Part shown: positions 37,592-50,519 of the stretch, piece by piece
How the letters are laid out: each line of letters starts with the position of its first letter
Numbering within the stretch: position 1 is the stretch's first letter
DNA from: Saccostrea cucullata
Taxonomy: Eukaryota
Reading direction: 5' to 3'
Length of the DNA: 64,000 nt
NCBI RefSeq assembly: GCF_032062105.1
Contig: NW_026926125.1
Span: 124,001-188,000, forward strand
The notes under the pieces: model-generated
Database searches by the model: none
Told to the model about the DNA's origin: nothing
The model's input: only the letters and a program-made list of their open reading frames with translations
Made by a program: the position numbers and the translations under genes

Positions 37592-40500
37592 ATGTCGCAG
37601 TTCAGTTTTCTAGCCGAATTTGAAAAGTCATCGGACAGGACGGAAACATATTTTCGAGGAATCTGGTCCAATGATACACCTGAACAATGTGACGAAGAAG
37701 TTCAAAATGAGTTCATAAATGTTCAAGAAGATAGTCTGCAGGGAAGCAGTATTACTTTCCCAAACGAAACACAAAACAATCAGGATCCGAGGGAGACGAC
37801 CCTCTCAAATAATGTTGCCCAAGACTCTGAAGAAAACTCAAACTATGTCGTTTCAGAAAAGGTGGACATACAATCGGCCTTCGTTTGTTCTGGAAATCAG
37901 CAGGAGGCTGATTTAACTTTCAAAAACAAAGCATTAAAAAAGACGAAAATCAAAAACGCTGGAAAGAAAGACGATCAAGACTTAACAAATAGATCAGACG
38001 TAAAAGAAATAGAAAAGAGGGAAAAGGAAAAAGACCCTTCTTCTCCATCGGAAAACTTGAGTGAACGTGGCTACTCAAACATGGAATCATATCTGGATGA
38101 TTTCGATACTGAGGCAACTGATTATTTTGACAGTGAAGATGAGTATTTTGAAACATACAGAAACACTGTTGAATACAATAGTACGTTTCCTTTATATGGA
38201 ATGAGTCATTTTCGTACCACAACGTCTACAGAAAGCGGGAGATACAGTAAGATAATCTTTTATGTCCATGATTTTAATACAAAGAATCTACATGTTCATT
38301 ATGTCTGGAAGCTTTCGTCTAAGGTTTATATTTTAGTCAAGCAGTGTTTGAGACGCTTTAAAATCATCTCACTTATTTCAATGTTGAATTTTAATCTCCT
38401 ATTGATGCTCTATAATGATTTGAACAATTTTGAATCTGTTATTCCACATAAGTTTCATCTTTTCGGGACTTTAGTAGTACTTGGGAGGTCGTTACAAGAT
38501 TTTTCTTATGTAAAGTGTCAAGTTTGGATAAAATTTCATCAATGTTTCTTTAGAAGAAGTTAAAATGTGAAGTTTACATCTAGCATGGCGGATGGTCGTT
38601 GTACATTTTTAGGTTGAGCACTGGTGAGCTTAAAATGATACGGCATTCTTCATCTTTTTTTTACACAGAAAAAAAAACTTTTCAAATAAAGCATGATGAA
38701 AATAATGTCACATTATATGGAATTAGGTTCTTGGTGGATGTTGGGAGAAGGGGTATAGAATCTATGACCATTAATGTTTTATTTGGAATGTAAGCATAAA
38801 TGTTTACCATTTTAACACAAAAAAGCCTGGATTTTAAAAAAATATATCAAAAGTTAAGCTTCCTCGCTCCACATCAATGTGTAAAAAGTGGTGGATGTTG
38901 GGAGAAGGGGTATAGAATCTATGACCATTAATGTTTTATTTGGAATGTAAGCATAAATGTTTACCATTTTAACACAAAAAAGCCTGGATTTTAAAAAAAA
39001 TATATCAAAAGTGAAGCTTCCTCGCTCCACATCAATGTGTAAAAAGTGAAAGCCTCAGCATATCAAGGCAAAATTTGAGTCAAACAGGGATAAAAATACT
39101 TATATGGATGTGAAAATCTATTGAAAGGTGGATAAAATTATTCATTTTGTAAGAGTACTCAGTAATTGTTTCTAATACTCATCATCCATTTAATTCTTTA
39201 TTAATGATATAATGTTTATTTGAACTAGTAATGTTCTGACATAGATTTCCCTTTTGTTTTTTTTTTTACAGGTCAAGGTGTATCACAATACAAAAACATG
39301 CCAGTTTTCATGACGTCCTTACAGAAATTTGCAAAATCCAATGGATTTACTGTACATGATGTTATGGCAGATGGAAACTGTCTTTTCAGAGCCATTGATG
39401 ATCAACTTTCTGTTAACGGAATCTTCGGCAACTCCCCGGATTCACTGCGGAAAAACACTTTAAAGTGCGCTAGATACGATTTTTTAAAAAAAAATTTAAA
39501 TTAGAATTGAGAATATAGTTTATTAAAAGGCTTGAATAATGACAAGATTTTTAAAAATCCACAGGTTTCTTCGGGAAAATCCATATCAAGAAGATGGGTC
39601 ACATACCGAGTCGTTTCTTTTCACCGAAAGTTGGGAACAGTACTTGTCAAGAATGGAGCAAAATACGGAATGGTGTGATCACGTCATATTTAAAGCCGCA
39701 GTTGACGCCCTTGGGTTACGAGCTGTTGTCTTTAATGTGTATGGGAACGACATCAGGCGCACAGAAGTTCTTTCCAGAAACCCGTCTGATGGAAGCTTAA
39801 CAGTTTATCTTGGTCATTTTGGAGAATTTCACTATCTTAGCTTAAGACCTAACAACTGGAATAAAGAGTGGCAATACAGTTAAGATCGACAATTTTTAGT
39901 TACCTTTTATATATAAATTTCTCAGCATGTAATTATTGGCATAAGATTATAAGATGTTTGAAATTTTAAAACTGCATCCGTCCATTTAGAAACGTTTTCT
40001 AAACATATGTAAGAATTTCTATATGAAACAAAACACGCAATATTAAATGTGTTAAAAATAGTAAATTTCCAACAAAGGAGGTAACTATAAAGGTCCCAGA
40101 AAACTCTGCGCATCTTTTTTTGTACACATGTAGGATATGATTGTTTAAAATTACTAGTAAATATTTCTTTGTAGAAGCGCTGATGTTCAGACAACAATTA
40201 CTCACTAAAAGGTTTGAAAGTATGAAAATTAAAACGAACGAGACAGAGGGCGTTAATGATTTCCAAAGAATGAAAAAAGAGACAAAAGATGATAAGAAAT
40301 ACATAGACTTTGAAAATTTTGGGTACACAATATGTCCAGTTTATGGTTTAAACGACCTTGATACTGAAGAAAATGAAGGTATAATTTTGAATTATTGAAA
40401 AAGAAATCCTTTTTAAAGAAAATTAGATTGATCCTACTTGTATATGATTAAATTAAGGATATCAAGCCAAACCCGATTTCATAAAAGTTAATTCAATTTT

Positions 40501-42506
40501 TGACATTGTACAGAATCACTGAATCGTCTCGTTGAGGATCCATTTTACGTTGATACACGAACAGGACTTCCACTTCAACATTTATCGTATCTCATAAAGC
40601 ATTTGATTCCTCCTATGATGATCCTCCTTAATTCCCGTGCACTTCCAACAGTACAAAAGGATGGGACGATGTTTCAGTATATAGGATCATTTGCAACGGG
40701 AACATATGTATTTTTAAAGGATATTACAGGAGGATATACATTAAGAAACAAGGTAAAGAAAGATGCTACTGTCATTGCTTTACGGCCACTTACATCGGCG
40801 ATTTCAATCGACACAGAGGACACTCATCCAGGCTTCCTACGACTTAAAATTCTTCCATCGTCGCGTATATTCCCAGAAAAGAGTTTGTATCGAAGTGAGG
40901 ACAGTGTTTTCTTAAAACGATTAAACGTCCCTGAGAAGATATCTTTACCAGAGAGGACAGAAAGATGTTTAGCGGGGTTCTCTAGTAGTGAGTTTCCTCA
41001 AGCCGCAAAAGAGTGGAGAAGCAGACAAAGAAAATTTCAGTGGCCACCACACAATGTGGTGGCTGCTATTCGGGATGCAGGATGTACCATAATTCCAAAA
41101 CATCACCCAATGAGCCATAATCCAGATATCGAATGGAAGTTTGACTTCTCGAACTCTGAATTATGTATTTTTAAAGATGGTCTTACGGAAAGTCAGTGGG
41201 CGGGTTTGATGAACTAAAAATACTTATAGAATACAGTACATGCCATTTTGGACGTGGATTAAAACTGAAGGCAGTGTTTTTCAACTGCTGTGAGCAGATT
41301 CCTATTGAAGCATGGGAGACGAACTTCAGTGGATGTTTGCTTTATGCTATGACCTTTTTGTTAGCTTGTCTAAGAAAAAAGAACCTGCCTCATTATTTCA
41401 TCCAGTCACGCAATTTATTTGAGGACTACACGGAGATAGATCTTGAAGCTATACATATTCAAATAGAAGCTATACGATTGTTTCCAGTGCAGACTTTACA
41501 ATTTCTTGGTGAAGATTATGGCTATACATACGGAGCAAACCTATCAAGATTTATTTTACAAGACTGTAGAAGATTTGCATTAAGTAGAAACATACTGCCA
41601 ACTTTTCATGAAATCTTTGTTCCTGGAACGATCAGAACAATAAAATTTTTAACAAGACGTGGATATTATCAAGCAGCTTTATATCTTCTTCTATATACCT
41701 TTGAGATAAATTTGACCGCTACATATGCCAAACCAAGCTATCAAAAATTCAATTTTGCAGAATTTTTCTGTAGTGCTCTCGGCGAAATTGTCCAGGAAGC
41801 CTCTAGGATCATTTTGGCCAAAAAGTTTGAAAACGTATTTGGCATAAATATACTCGATTCCGTCATGAAAACAGAAGGTCTCTTTGTAAAGGATCTCTTA
41901 CCTTGGGAGGTAAACAACCATCTTGCCAGTCTGCATATACCGATGGAAAAATCATCTAATTTTGAATCGATTGGCGATTTCTTTTACAAATTCAGTAAAA
42001 CTGAGGCAAGGAGATTAAACATTTCCTTAGCAGCATTAGGAATTTCGGAAGCAATTCAATGTTTCGAAAGAGCCATACAAGAGGGAACTTTGATTGATAT
42101 TGAAATTGATGACAAAGCTTTAAAAAATGACATTCAATTTCAGAAATCCGAAAATACGAAAAGGCTTAAGGAAAAATTAAAAGATTGTTATTTGCACACA
42201 TTCTGCATTGCAAAATTGGACTACAAATACGAATTCCTAGAAATGTATATGCCTGCAATAGAAGAATTATGCAAAGAATTCCCAGAAATGATTGAAACTG
42301 TCAGCCATATGTACGGGTTTTTGCGTTATCCTGGTAAACAAAGGGAATATGAACAACTTTTTGATAGTTTCTTAGGGATAGGTAAGTAAAAATTGCAGCC
42401 TTCTTTTGTAAATCTTCAAAATATGTTTTCTTTAAGACAGCATACCTCTTTTCTTTTAGATGATGTGTACAAAGGGCCATCGAAATTGAAATATAGTGGA
42501 TATTGA
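37592..42506 (+). pseudogene. OTU-cGLR paralogue B: OTU intact, 1-bp frameshift in the cGLR exon
   Basis: Exons 37592-38246, 39272-39464, 39565-39878, 40175-40378, 40514-42381 and 42460-42506. Compared with C (caa tgt cgt ggg ttt), B reads cag tgg gc ggg ttt, a 1-bp deletion at ~41200 giving a stop at 41215-17. B also has a 9-bp deletion at ~41245 (LKLKAVF vs LKMKHTKAVF). Confidence 0.82.
38732..39048. repeat. Near-perfect 157-bp tandem duplication in intron 1 of paralogue B
   Basis: 'tggtggatgttgggagaaggggtatagaatc...ccacatcaatgtgtaaaaag' starts at 38732 and again at 38889. Confidence 0.9.
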
Positions 42507-43279
42507 GATGTCGTCATAGAAAAATGTATGCCAGTATGACGTGTAAGCAAAAGCATATCTGTATGTAAATTAAGTTTAGATATTATGGAACGAAATGACA
42601 CTTTCTCTTACTAATTCGGACTAAGAGGCTGAATTGTCTGTTTTGTTTATTTTTTTTCTATCAAACTATATTTTGTGTTGATTAAATATTCAATTATAGT
42701 ATTTCAAACATCGTATAAATGTTTGTTTCTAAGTAAGCAAACAATTCTGAAAATTTTAATCAATTTTCAGGAGATTTAAATGTACACTACATCTGGATAC
42801 TTGATCAATAAACTTGTGAAATGAACAGTTTTTGTCTTAAGTTTTTTTTAATATTTGTAAATAAAGATTTTATTGACGATAAGTGTTCTCCTCCATCTTT
42901 TTTTTTTTTTTTTTGCTTATTTCTACGAGCTTAATATTGTGAGTTGCCTTGATTTCTTTCTTTCAACTGAGATAAAGTCTCCCATGAATGCCATATCTTA
43001 TACATGTATTCCAATTACACAATTTTATTTAAGCTTTTCTTACATCTCTAGAGCCAAATTAATCTCTTATTGTGTTTTTCCTGTGCTCTTCACCTTGACA
43101 GTAGCTTATGTGATACACGCTCTAGACGTGGTTTCAAACCCTGGCTGAGACTAACCAAAGTCCATAAAAAAAGTAACAAGTATTCTTCGCCAAGCGCTCG
43201 GCATTTTTTAAAGCCATAGATTGCAGATTCTATGGAAGACATCTTTAAAACCGAAACTTTGTGTCATGACGGAGAATTG

Positions 43280-43940
43280 TAGGCTTTGTTACAACGCAAA
43301 ATGTAATAGTGCGAAAAGTAATAAACTTGAATTATTACATTTTGCGTTGTTATTACAATTTGCGTTGATATCGACGCAAAATGTAATAACACGTTTTTTT
43401 TAATTATTATTACATTTTGCTTTAAGAAATTTGCGCTGAGATCAACGCAAAATGTAATAACGTGCTTTTACGTCATTATATTTTTACCTTAATGACTGCG
43501 CAAAATGTAATGCAATACATAATAAAACAAAATATAATTGTTAGCTCTACTTGTCATAGACCAGAAGAGCTCATGCTGTTGTAATGTGTCCGTCATCTGT
43601 CCGTCTGTCTGTCTGTTAACGGTTTTGTTTTTCAAAATGTTACTCCTCCTACAGTTTTGGTCTGATTTCAATAAAACTTGGCACACGTAGACTACACTAA
43701 GATACATAATTCTGTGCATCCGTTTTTCATTTCGATGAACGGTGTTGCCGTAGTGACTAAAAATAGAAATTTCTGTGAAATACTTTCAAAATGCTACTCC
43801 AAATACATTTTAGCCTGATTATGATATTATGTGATATGCAAGTAGACTACACTGAGATACATAATTGTGTGTTTTTTTATTTTGATGAATGATGTTGTGA
43901 TGGTAACTTAAATTGAAAACGCTGTAAAATTCTATTAAAA
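43280..43940. repeat. Cluster of MITE/HINE-like repeat fragments
   Basis: Direct and inverted 'aacgcaaaatgtaata / ttattacattttgcgtt' units (43288-43510) are followed by a HINE-like 5' end with a (ccgt/ctgt)n tract. Confidence 0.55.
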
Positions 43941-44169
43941 GCTACTTCTTCTGTTGTAGTATTGTTGCAGTCTTGTTATTATTATTTCGTGTTGTAACAA
44001 TTAAGGGTTACATTTTAAAATAGTTAGAAATTTTATAATATTACGGATTATAAACAAAAAGAGTACCAGTTTATGTCTTTCACTTAAAATCCCTATAAGG
44101 AAAGGGGAAAAAGGTGAAAAGAGGGAACTTAAACAGTGCCGTTAAGAAGGATTCACACTAAGCAGAAGG

Positions 44170-44760
44170 ATATGAAGATAACGAACAGTATTCATTATCA
44201 AAGTCCATAAAACAACACAAAATAGGAGCAACTTCAAAGGTGGGATCAGGTGCCATGGAGGAATGAGCATCCCCTGTTGACCGGTCACACCCGCCGTGTG
44301 CTCCTTGTCATGATCAGGAAATAACGGGAAAATCCGTCGTCAATTCAGTGTATAAATAATGGACCAGCAATTGGTATGAAAAACGTCAGTCAGCATTTGA
44401 CTTAATGATAAATTGTATTTGCTGACAAGGTCATTGTATCGACCATAGAACTTAAGAAATGATGACTTTAAACGAGACTGCTGATATTCTTGTTTCATCA
44501 ACTTGCTTGCCAATAATTAACCTCGTTTTAGAAATTGTTCATACGTAGAGCATGCTCTTGCGTATCGAATCTACTCCGTATGTAGGTGATGAAGGTATAT
44601 TGCTGCATAAGTAAGAGAAGTTGACCATAGAAAAGTTAAAGTCATCACGTTTATCATATAGCGTGGTTGTTAGATTACCATAAAAGTCCTTTTTTTAAAG
44701 TAAAATGTCCAGGTATGAAATAGATATGTCTGACTCTGTGGTATCATTAATGTCAACAAA
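44170..44760 (-). mobile_element. Penelope-like retroelement 3' fragment
   Basis: The minus strand encodes YDKRDDFNFSMVNFSYLCSNIPSSPTYG..IRYARACS, typical of Penelope-type RT C-termini. A homologous degraded copy lies at ~50520-50950. Confidence 0.7.
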
Positions 44761-45029
44761 CTTCTTAAATTTATTCAGATTATTAGATCTATAAGTTTCT
44801 TCATAAAAATAATATTATTAATTTAGAATTTAATTTTGATTCTATGTATTTTTCTTGACAAATACTAGTGATGTTATTTTTTCAAATACTTAATAATCAT
44901 TTTTGAATGCCAGAAATAGCGTCCATGGCTACAGTGAGTCCATGAAATAAAAAATCGAATTCATAATTGATTGATTGTATAGTGTTAATCGTCCCTCTAG
45001 AAAATTTTTCACTGGTATGGTGACCCTGA

Positions 45030-45253
45030 AAATAAGATTATTAGCTTAACTGGGGACTCTAATTTGTTTTAGAAAGATACGATCTGATTTTCATTTCATA
45101 TCCTTTATGCTTGTCAGGCATTCTCATGGTCAGGAACTCAAACATTTCACAAACTATGGCGGTCATGTGCGGAAATTCCTTACATTGTCTTTCTATATCA
45201 TGCATATGTTCGATCTCGGGATAAAAAGCGATATATGCGTAATTCTAATCCCG
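45030..45253 (-). pseudogene. 3'-terminal remnant of an A/D-type OTU-cGLR gene
   Basis: The minus strand gives SGLELRIY..YPEIEHMHDIERQCKEFPHMTAIVCEMFEFLTMRMPDKHKGYEMKIRSYLSKTN*. This aligns to D (IYPLIDHMDDIERHCEEFPGMFGVVSDMFRHIRMPDKQREYELKFRSYLSET) and to A (SELELRIYPL). Confidence 0.85.
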
Positions 45254-45596
45254 ATTTGAATTTCCTTCCTTGCTATCGTTATGTGAGGGAATGTGACATT
45301 CATTTTCACACACAGTTGACTTTATCTTTCCCATAACACAAGGACGGAATTTCTAATAAATTCAACAAAGATAAATTTAAATATTTATCTCTCTTTAAAA
45401 CTGGAGATATCATCAATGCTATGTCCCATTGCAAGTCATTGGACGTATGTACAATCGTTAGATCATGTTGTAAGTTTTTATTATTAATAATTTCTCTGTA
45501 AATGATGTTATCATAAGAAAACTCTTGTCCAGGAAAATAAATTGCAGCATAAAGACTTCCACATTGATAAGAAATGGAGTTTTGACACAACACAAA

Positions 45597-48500
45597 ATGT
45601 CGCACTATAACGTTCTAGCAGAGTTTGAAAAATCATCAGACAGAACAGAAACTAGAGGATATTTTCGAGGAATCTGGTCCAATGATACATCTGAAGAATG
45701 TGGCGAAGAAATTCAAAATGAGTTTATAAATGTTCAAGAAGAAAATTTGCAGAGAAGCAGTATTACTTTCCCCAACGAAGTGCACGAACAAAACGTGCAT
45801 GATCCGAAGAGGATGGCCCTCTCAAATAACATTGCCGGAGACTTTGAAGATAACTTGAAGTCAGTAACTCCAAAAAGCGTGGATGGACAATCGGGCTTCA
45901 TTTGGTCTGGAAATGCACAAGAAACTAGTTTAACTTCCAAACATGAAACCAGTCATGAATCATTGATAAAGACTCACTCGGATGATTTTGATTTCGAAAA
46001 CGTTGAAAATAAAGACATAAAAGAAACGGAAAAAAGAACAGCAAATAATGATACGAAAAAAGAGGAAGATAAACAGGCTTTTTCAGACACGGAATTCAAT
46101 CTACATGATTTTGAAACTGATGCTACTGATTATTTTGACAGTGAAGACGAATACTTTGAGACATACAGAAACAACTTTGAGGACAGTCCGATGTTCGCTT
46201 ACCATGGAATGATTCATTCGCCTTTGCCAACATCTGCAGTAAATGGAAGATACAGTAAGATAAGATTATCTTTATTAATATGTAGTTGATGAACATTATA
46301 AATAGTAATGCACTGTCCATTCTTTTTGTGCAGCTCGCTTTGTTTCACAAAGTAGTAGGGGCCTATGCTTCGTCTAGTAATACTCTTCACAATTCAAAAA
46401 ACCTAAACCGTTAACTGCAATATATCTTAAATTGTTTTTTTTTTCCTTACCATGACCTTATTCAAAACACATTGTACGCCTTTCATTATCCCAGCTCTAT
46501 TGATTTGAATAAGTTTGAAACCCTATGAACATACGTATCTCATGATGTTTTTTTAAATAACCCATAATCGGATTTAAATAATATAAAGACGTGTTTTTAA
46601 TAAAATGGTTAGGTTATAAAGAGTGCATGTAGGAAAGGAAATTTCTTCCAAAAAAATATATATATATTCTGAAATTATTTTAAGGTGAAGGTGTATCACG
46701 GTACAATAACATGCCAGTGTTTGTGACATCCTTACAAAAGTTTGCAAAATCCAATGGATTCACAGTCCATAATGTTATGGCAGATGGGAATTGTCTCTTC
46801 CGGGCTATCAATGATCAGCTCTCTGTGAATGGAATCTTTGGCAACTGCCCGGAGTCATTACGGAAAAACACTATCAAGTGCGTTATACAATGCTTCTCTT
46901 TTTTTTATCTACAAGTTGTAATGACCAATTTATAAAGAAACTCTATTTATGAGGGTTGTAAGAGAAATTAGACGCATCGTTATCAGAGGACATGACATTA
47001 CGACCTCGCAGAATTTAGACAAAATTATGAAAATATCATTTCCAAACATTGTACCCCCAGCCACCAAAATGAATGTCAGGTCGTTAATGCAATGCATTTT
47101 TTTCTTGGACAACCAACGTCTTCTTATGTGAGAAAAAAATAATCAATACAGATTACAAACGGTTTTCTAAAGGTATGAATTTTTAAATAATATATTTAAT
47201 AATTTGTTTTTCGTTGTTATTGTAAGCAGATATCTTAGGGAAAATCCGTATCAAGAGGATGGATCACATACTGAGTCTTTCCTTTTCACTGAAAACTGGG
47301 AACAATATACTTGTCGAGAATGGAACAAAGTACAGAATGGTGCGATCACGTGATATTTAAAGCTGCCGTGGACGCCTTGGGTCTACGAGTTGTGGTTTTC
47401 AATGTTTACGGGGACGATATTAGACGAACAGAGGTTATGTCCAGAAAACAATCCGTTGACATCCTAACCATTTATCTCGGTCACTTTGGAGAATTTCACT
47501 ACCTTAGTTTAAGACCCAATAATTGGGAAACAGAATGGCAAAAGAGTTACGAAAATTATGTTATTCAGATAAGTGTTAAATAAGCTCAGTTTCAATACTA
47601 CACATTTTTGTGTAAGATTGAATGCTTATAAGTTGTAAATATTTTTTTTAAAAAATGATTTCAAGACATTGTCAAGTTTTCCAGAAGCTTTTCTTTGATT
47701 TGAAGATTTTTTCATATCCGATTTGTTTCTTGTATCTAGGATTCGTATTTTGAATCATTTTAAAATCTAAATGTTCTTTTAAACCATTATTGTAGAAGCA
47801 CTCATGTATAGACACCAATTACCTATTAGACAATTTGAGAGTATGAGAATAAAAAGTGATAAGAAAAACGACGTAGATAACTTCCCCAAAATATCATCAA
47901 CTTCAGATTTCGAAACAGAAATACAAACTGATTGGAAATGTTCAGAAAAATTTGGATACACAGTGTGTCCAGTTTATGGTTTAGAAGATCTGGATATGGA
48001 AGAAAATGAGGGTAGGATCAATATATATTATTCTATTTTAAAAAAAAAATGAATTTAAAAGAGAGCATGGTTGAATTTCCCTTTTATGGAATATTTAGGA
48101 CAAGAATGGCATGTAAAGAATTAAGAATATCCTACCATTACTTACATTATTATTTTATATTGATATTTTCTTTTTGTTTCTCAGAACCAATGCATCGTCT
48201 TGTAGAGGATCCATTTTACATTGATACGCGAACAGGACTACCACTACAACATTTATCGTATCTCATGAAGCATTTGATTCCTCCTAATATGGATCTTGTT
48301 AATTCTTTTGCACTTCCACCGGTACAAAAGGATGGGACGACGTTTCAGTATTTAGGATCATTTGCTACGGGGACCTACGCATTCTTAAAGGACATTACTC
48401 GAGGCTACACGTCACGGAATTTAGTAAAGAAAGATGCTACTGTCGTTGCTTTAAGGCCCCTTACATCGGGTATTTTAATCGATACAAAGGACACACATCC

Positions 48501-50184
48501 AGGTTTCCTACGATTAAAAGTTTTATCAATGTCTCATATATTCCCAGAGAGAAATTTGCATCGATGTGAAGATAATGTTTTCCTGAAAAGATTAGATGTC
48601 CCCGATAATATGCCTTTACCCAAGAGGTCAGAAAGATGCTATATGGGATTTAGTAGTGGTGAATTCCCACTAGCGGCAGAAGAATGGCAAAATAGACAAA
48701 GGAAATTCAAATGGCCATCACAAAACGTAGTTGCTGCTATTCATAATGCAGGGTGTACCATCATTCCAAAACATCACCCTAGGAGCTGTAATCCAGAAAT
48801 CGAGTGGAAATTCAACTTCACAAACTCTGAAATGTTACTATTTACAAGAGCAGTTACAGAAAACCAATGTCGTGGGTTTATCCTTCTACAAATACTCATC
48901 AATTACAGTACATGCAATTTGAGATGCAAATTAAAAATGAAACACACTAAGGCAGTATTTTTGAACTGCTGCGAGCAGGTTCCTGTTGAAAAATGGGAAA
49001 CAAACTTGAGTGGCTGCATTCTTTATGCATTTGTATTTTTATTAGCTTGCCTAAGAAAAAGAAATCTGCCGCATTATTTCATACCATCGTTCAATTTATT
49101 CGAGAACTTCAAGGAGGGAGATCTTGAATCCATACGTATTCAAATTGAGGCTATCCGATTGTTTCCAGTGCAGACTTTAAACTTTCTTGCTGAAAATTAT
49201 GGATACACATACGGAGCAATTCTGTCAAGATTGGTTTTACAGGACTGTAAAAGATTTGCATCAAGTAGAGATATAATGTCAACTTATCATGATGTTTTCG
49301 TTCCTGGAACAATTAGAACAGTCAAATTTTTAACAAGGCAAGGTCATTATGAAGCAGCTTATTATCTTCTTAATGATACTTATGCGTCACATCTTTGCTT
49401 CGCATTCATAAATCCTATCGATTTAAGTAGTAATTTCACGGAATTTTTCCGTCATGCTCTCAATGAAATTCACCAGGAAGCCTCCAAAACAATTTTGGCA
49501 AAAAAGTTTGAAAAGGAATATGGTATAAACGTTATGGATTCCGTCATGTCAACAGGTGGTCTACTCGTTGCAGATATATTACCATGGGGAGTAAACTACG
49601 AGATTGCAAACCTGCATATACCAATGGAAAAAACGTCGAATTTCGATTTAATCGGAGATTTTTTTTACGAATATAGTAAAACTGAAGTAAAGAGATATAA
49701 CAGCAATCTAGCTACGCTAGGAATTTCGGAAGCAATTCGATGCTTCGAAAGAGCTATTCAAGAGGAGCCTGTCATTGATGTCGAAATAGATGATGAAGCT
49801 TTAATAAAAGATATTCAGTCTCAGAAGTCCGAAAGTATGCAAAGAATAAAAGAAAAATTGATGTATTGTTACATCCATACCATGAAGATTTCGAAAATGC
49901 ACCGGACATTCCTGCCTTTGGAAATGTATATGCCTGCAATAGAAGAACTATGCCAAGAATTACCAGATATGAGTGGAGTTGTCAGTGTTATGTACCAATA
50001 TTTGAATAATCATAGTAAACAGAAAGAATATGAAACGCGTTTTGATAGTTTCTTCGGGACAGGTAGGTAAAAATTGCTGCTTCGTTTGCATCTTGAAACA
50101 TAGTATTATACATGCATTCTAATTCTTTTATTTTCTTTCGTAGGTGTCAAAGAACCATCAAGATTAAAACATAATAGATTCTGA
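45597..50184 (+). pseudogene. OTU-cGLR paralogue C: cGLR exon intact, 2-bp insertion frameshift in OTU exon 3
   Basis: Exons 45597-46254, 46685-46877, 47230-47545, 47796-48011, 48185-50062 and 50144-50184. Exon 3 is 316 nt versus 314 in B: 'caa tatac ttg' vs 'cag tac ttg' at ~47306 gives TGA at 47351-53, before the OTU His. Exon 5 is open throughout (within the 673-aa ORF 48049-50070). Confidence 0.82.
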
Positions 50185-50519
50185 ATTGTCACGAGAGATA
50201 GATATTCACCTGTATGATCTGTAAGCAAAAGTTCACGACTATAAATATACTATGAGTAATAAAAGTCAATATACAGTGGGAAAAAGACACCTTTGTTTCA
50301 GTGATTCGTGCAAAAGTGATTGAGTACTGTAGTAATGTGTTCTATTTTCCTCATTATATGTTTTTATGATGAAAAAAATGTAAATTAAAAAAACCAAGAC
50401 ACAATAAACTAATTGCTTCCTATTTATAAAAGAAGTGTTTAGAAGAGCTTTGCTTTCGTTTGCAAGGACATATGGAGATGGCTAACCATATTCAAGTCCC
50501 ATCCAGCGTTAATCTTCAT

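Noticed and set aside
38247-38563. Hydrophobic C-terminal third of the 323-aa ORF, which looks like a membrane anchor
   Set aside because: It is read-through into intron 1 past the conserved A|GTAAGA donor shared by all four paralogues, and it is not conserved in C.
48049-48184. Hydrophobic N-terminal extension of the 673-aa ORF
   Set aside because: It is intron 4 sequence upstream of the acceptor at 48184 and is absent from B.
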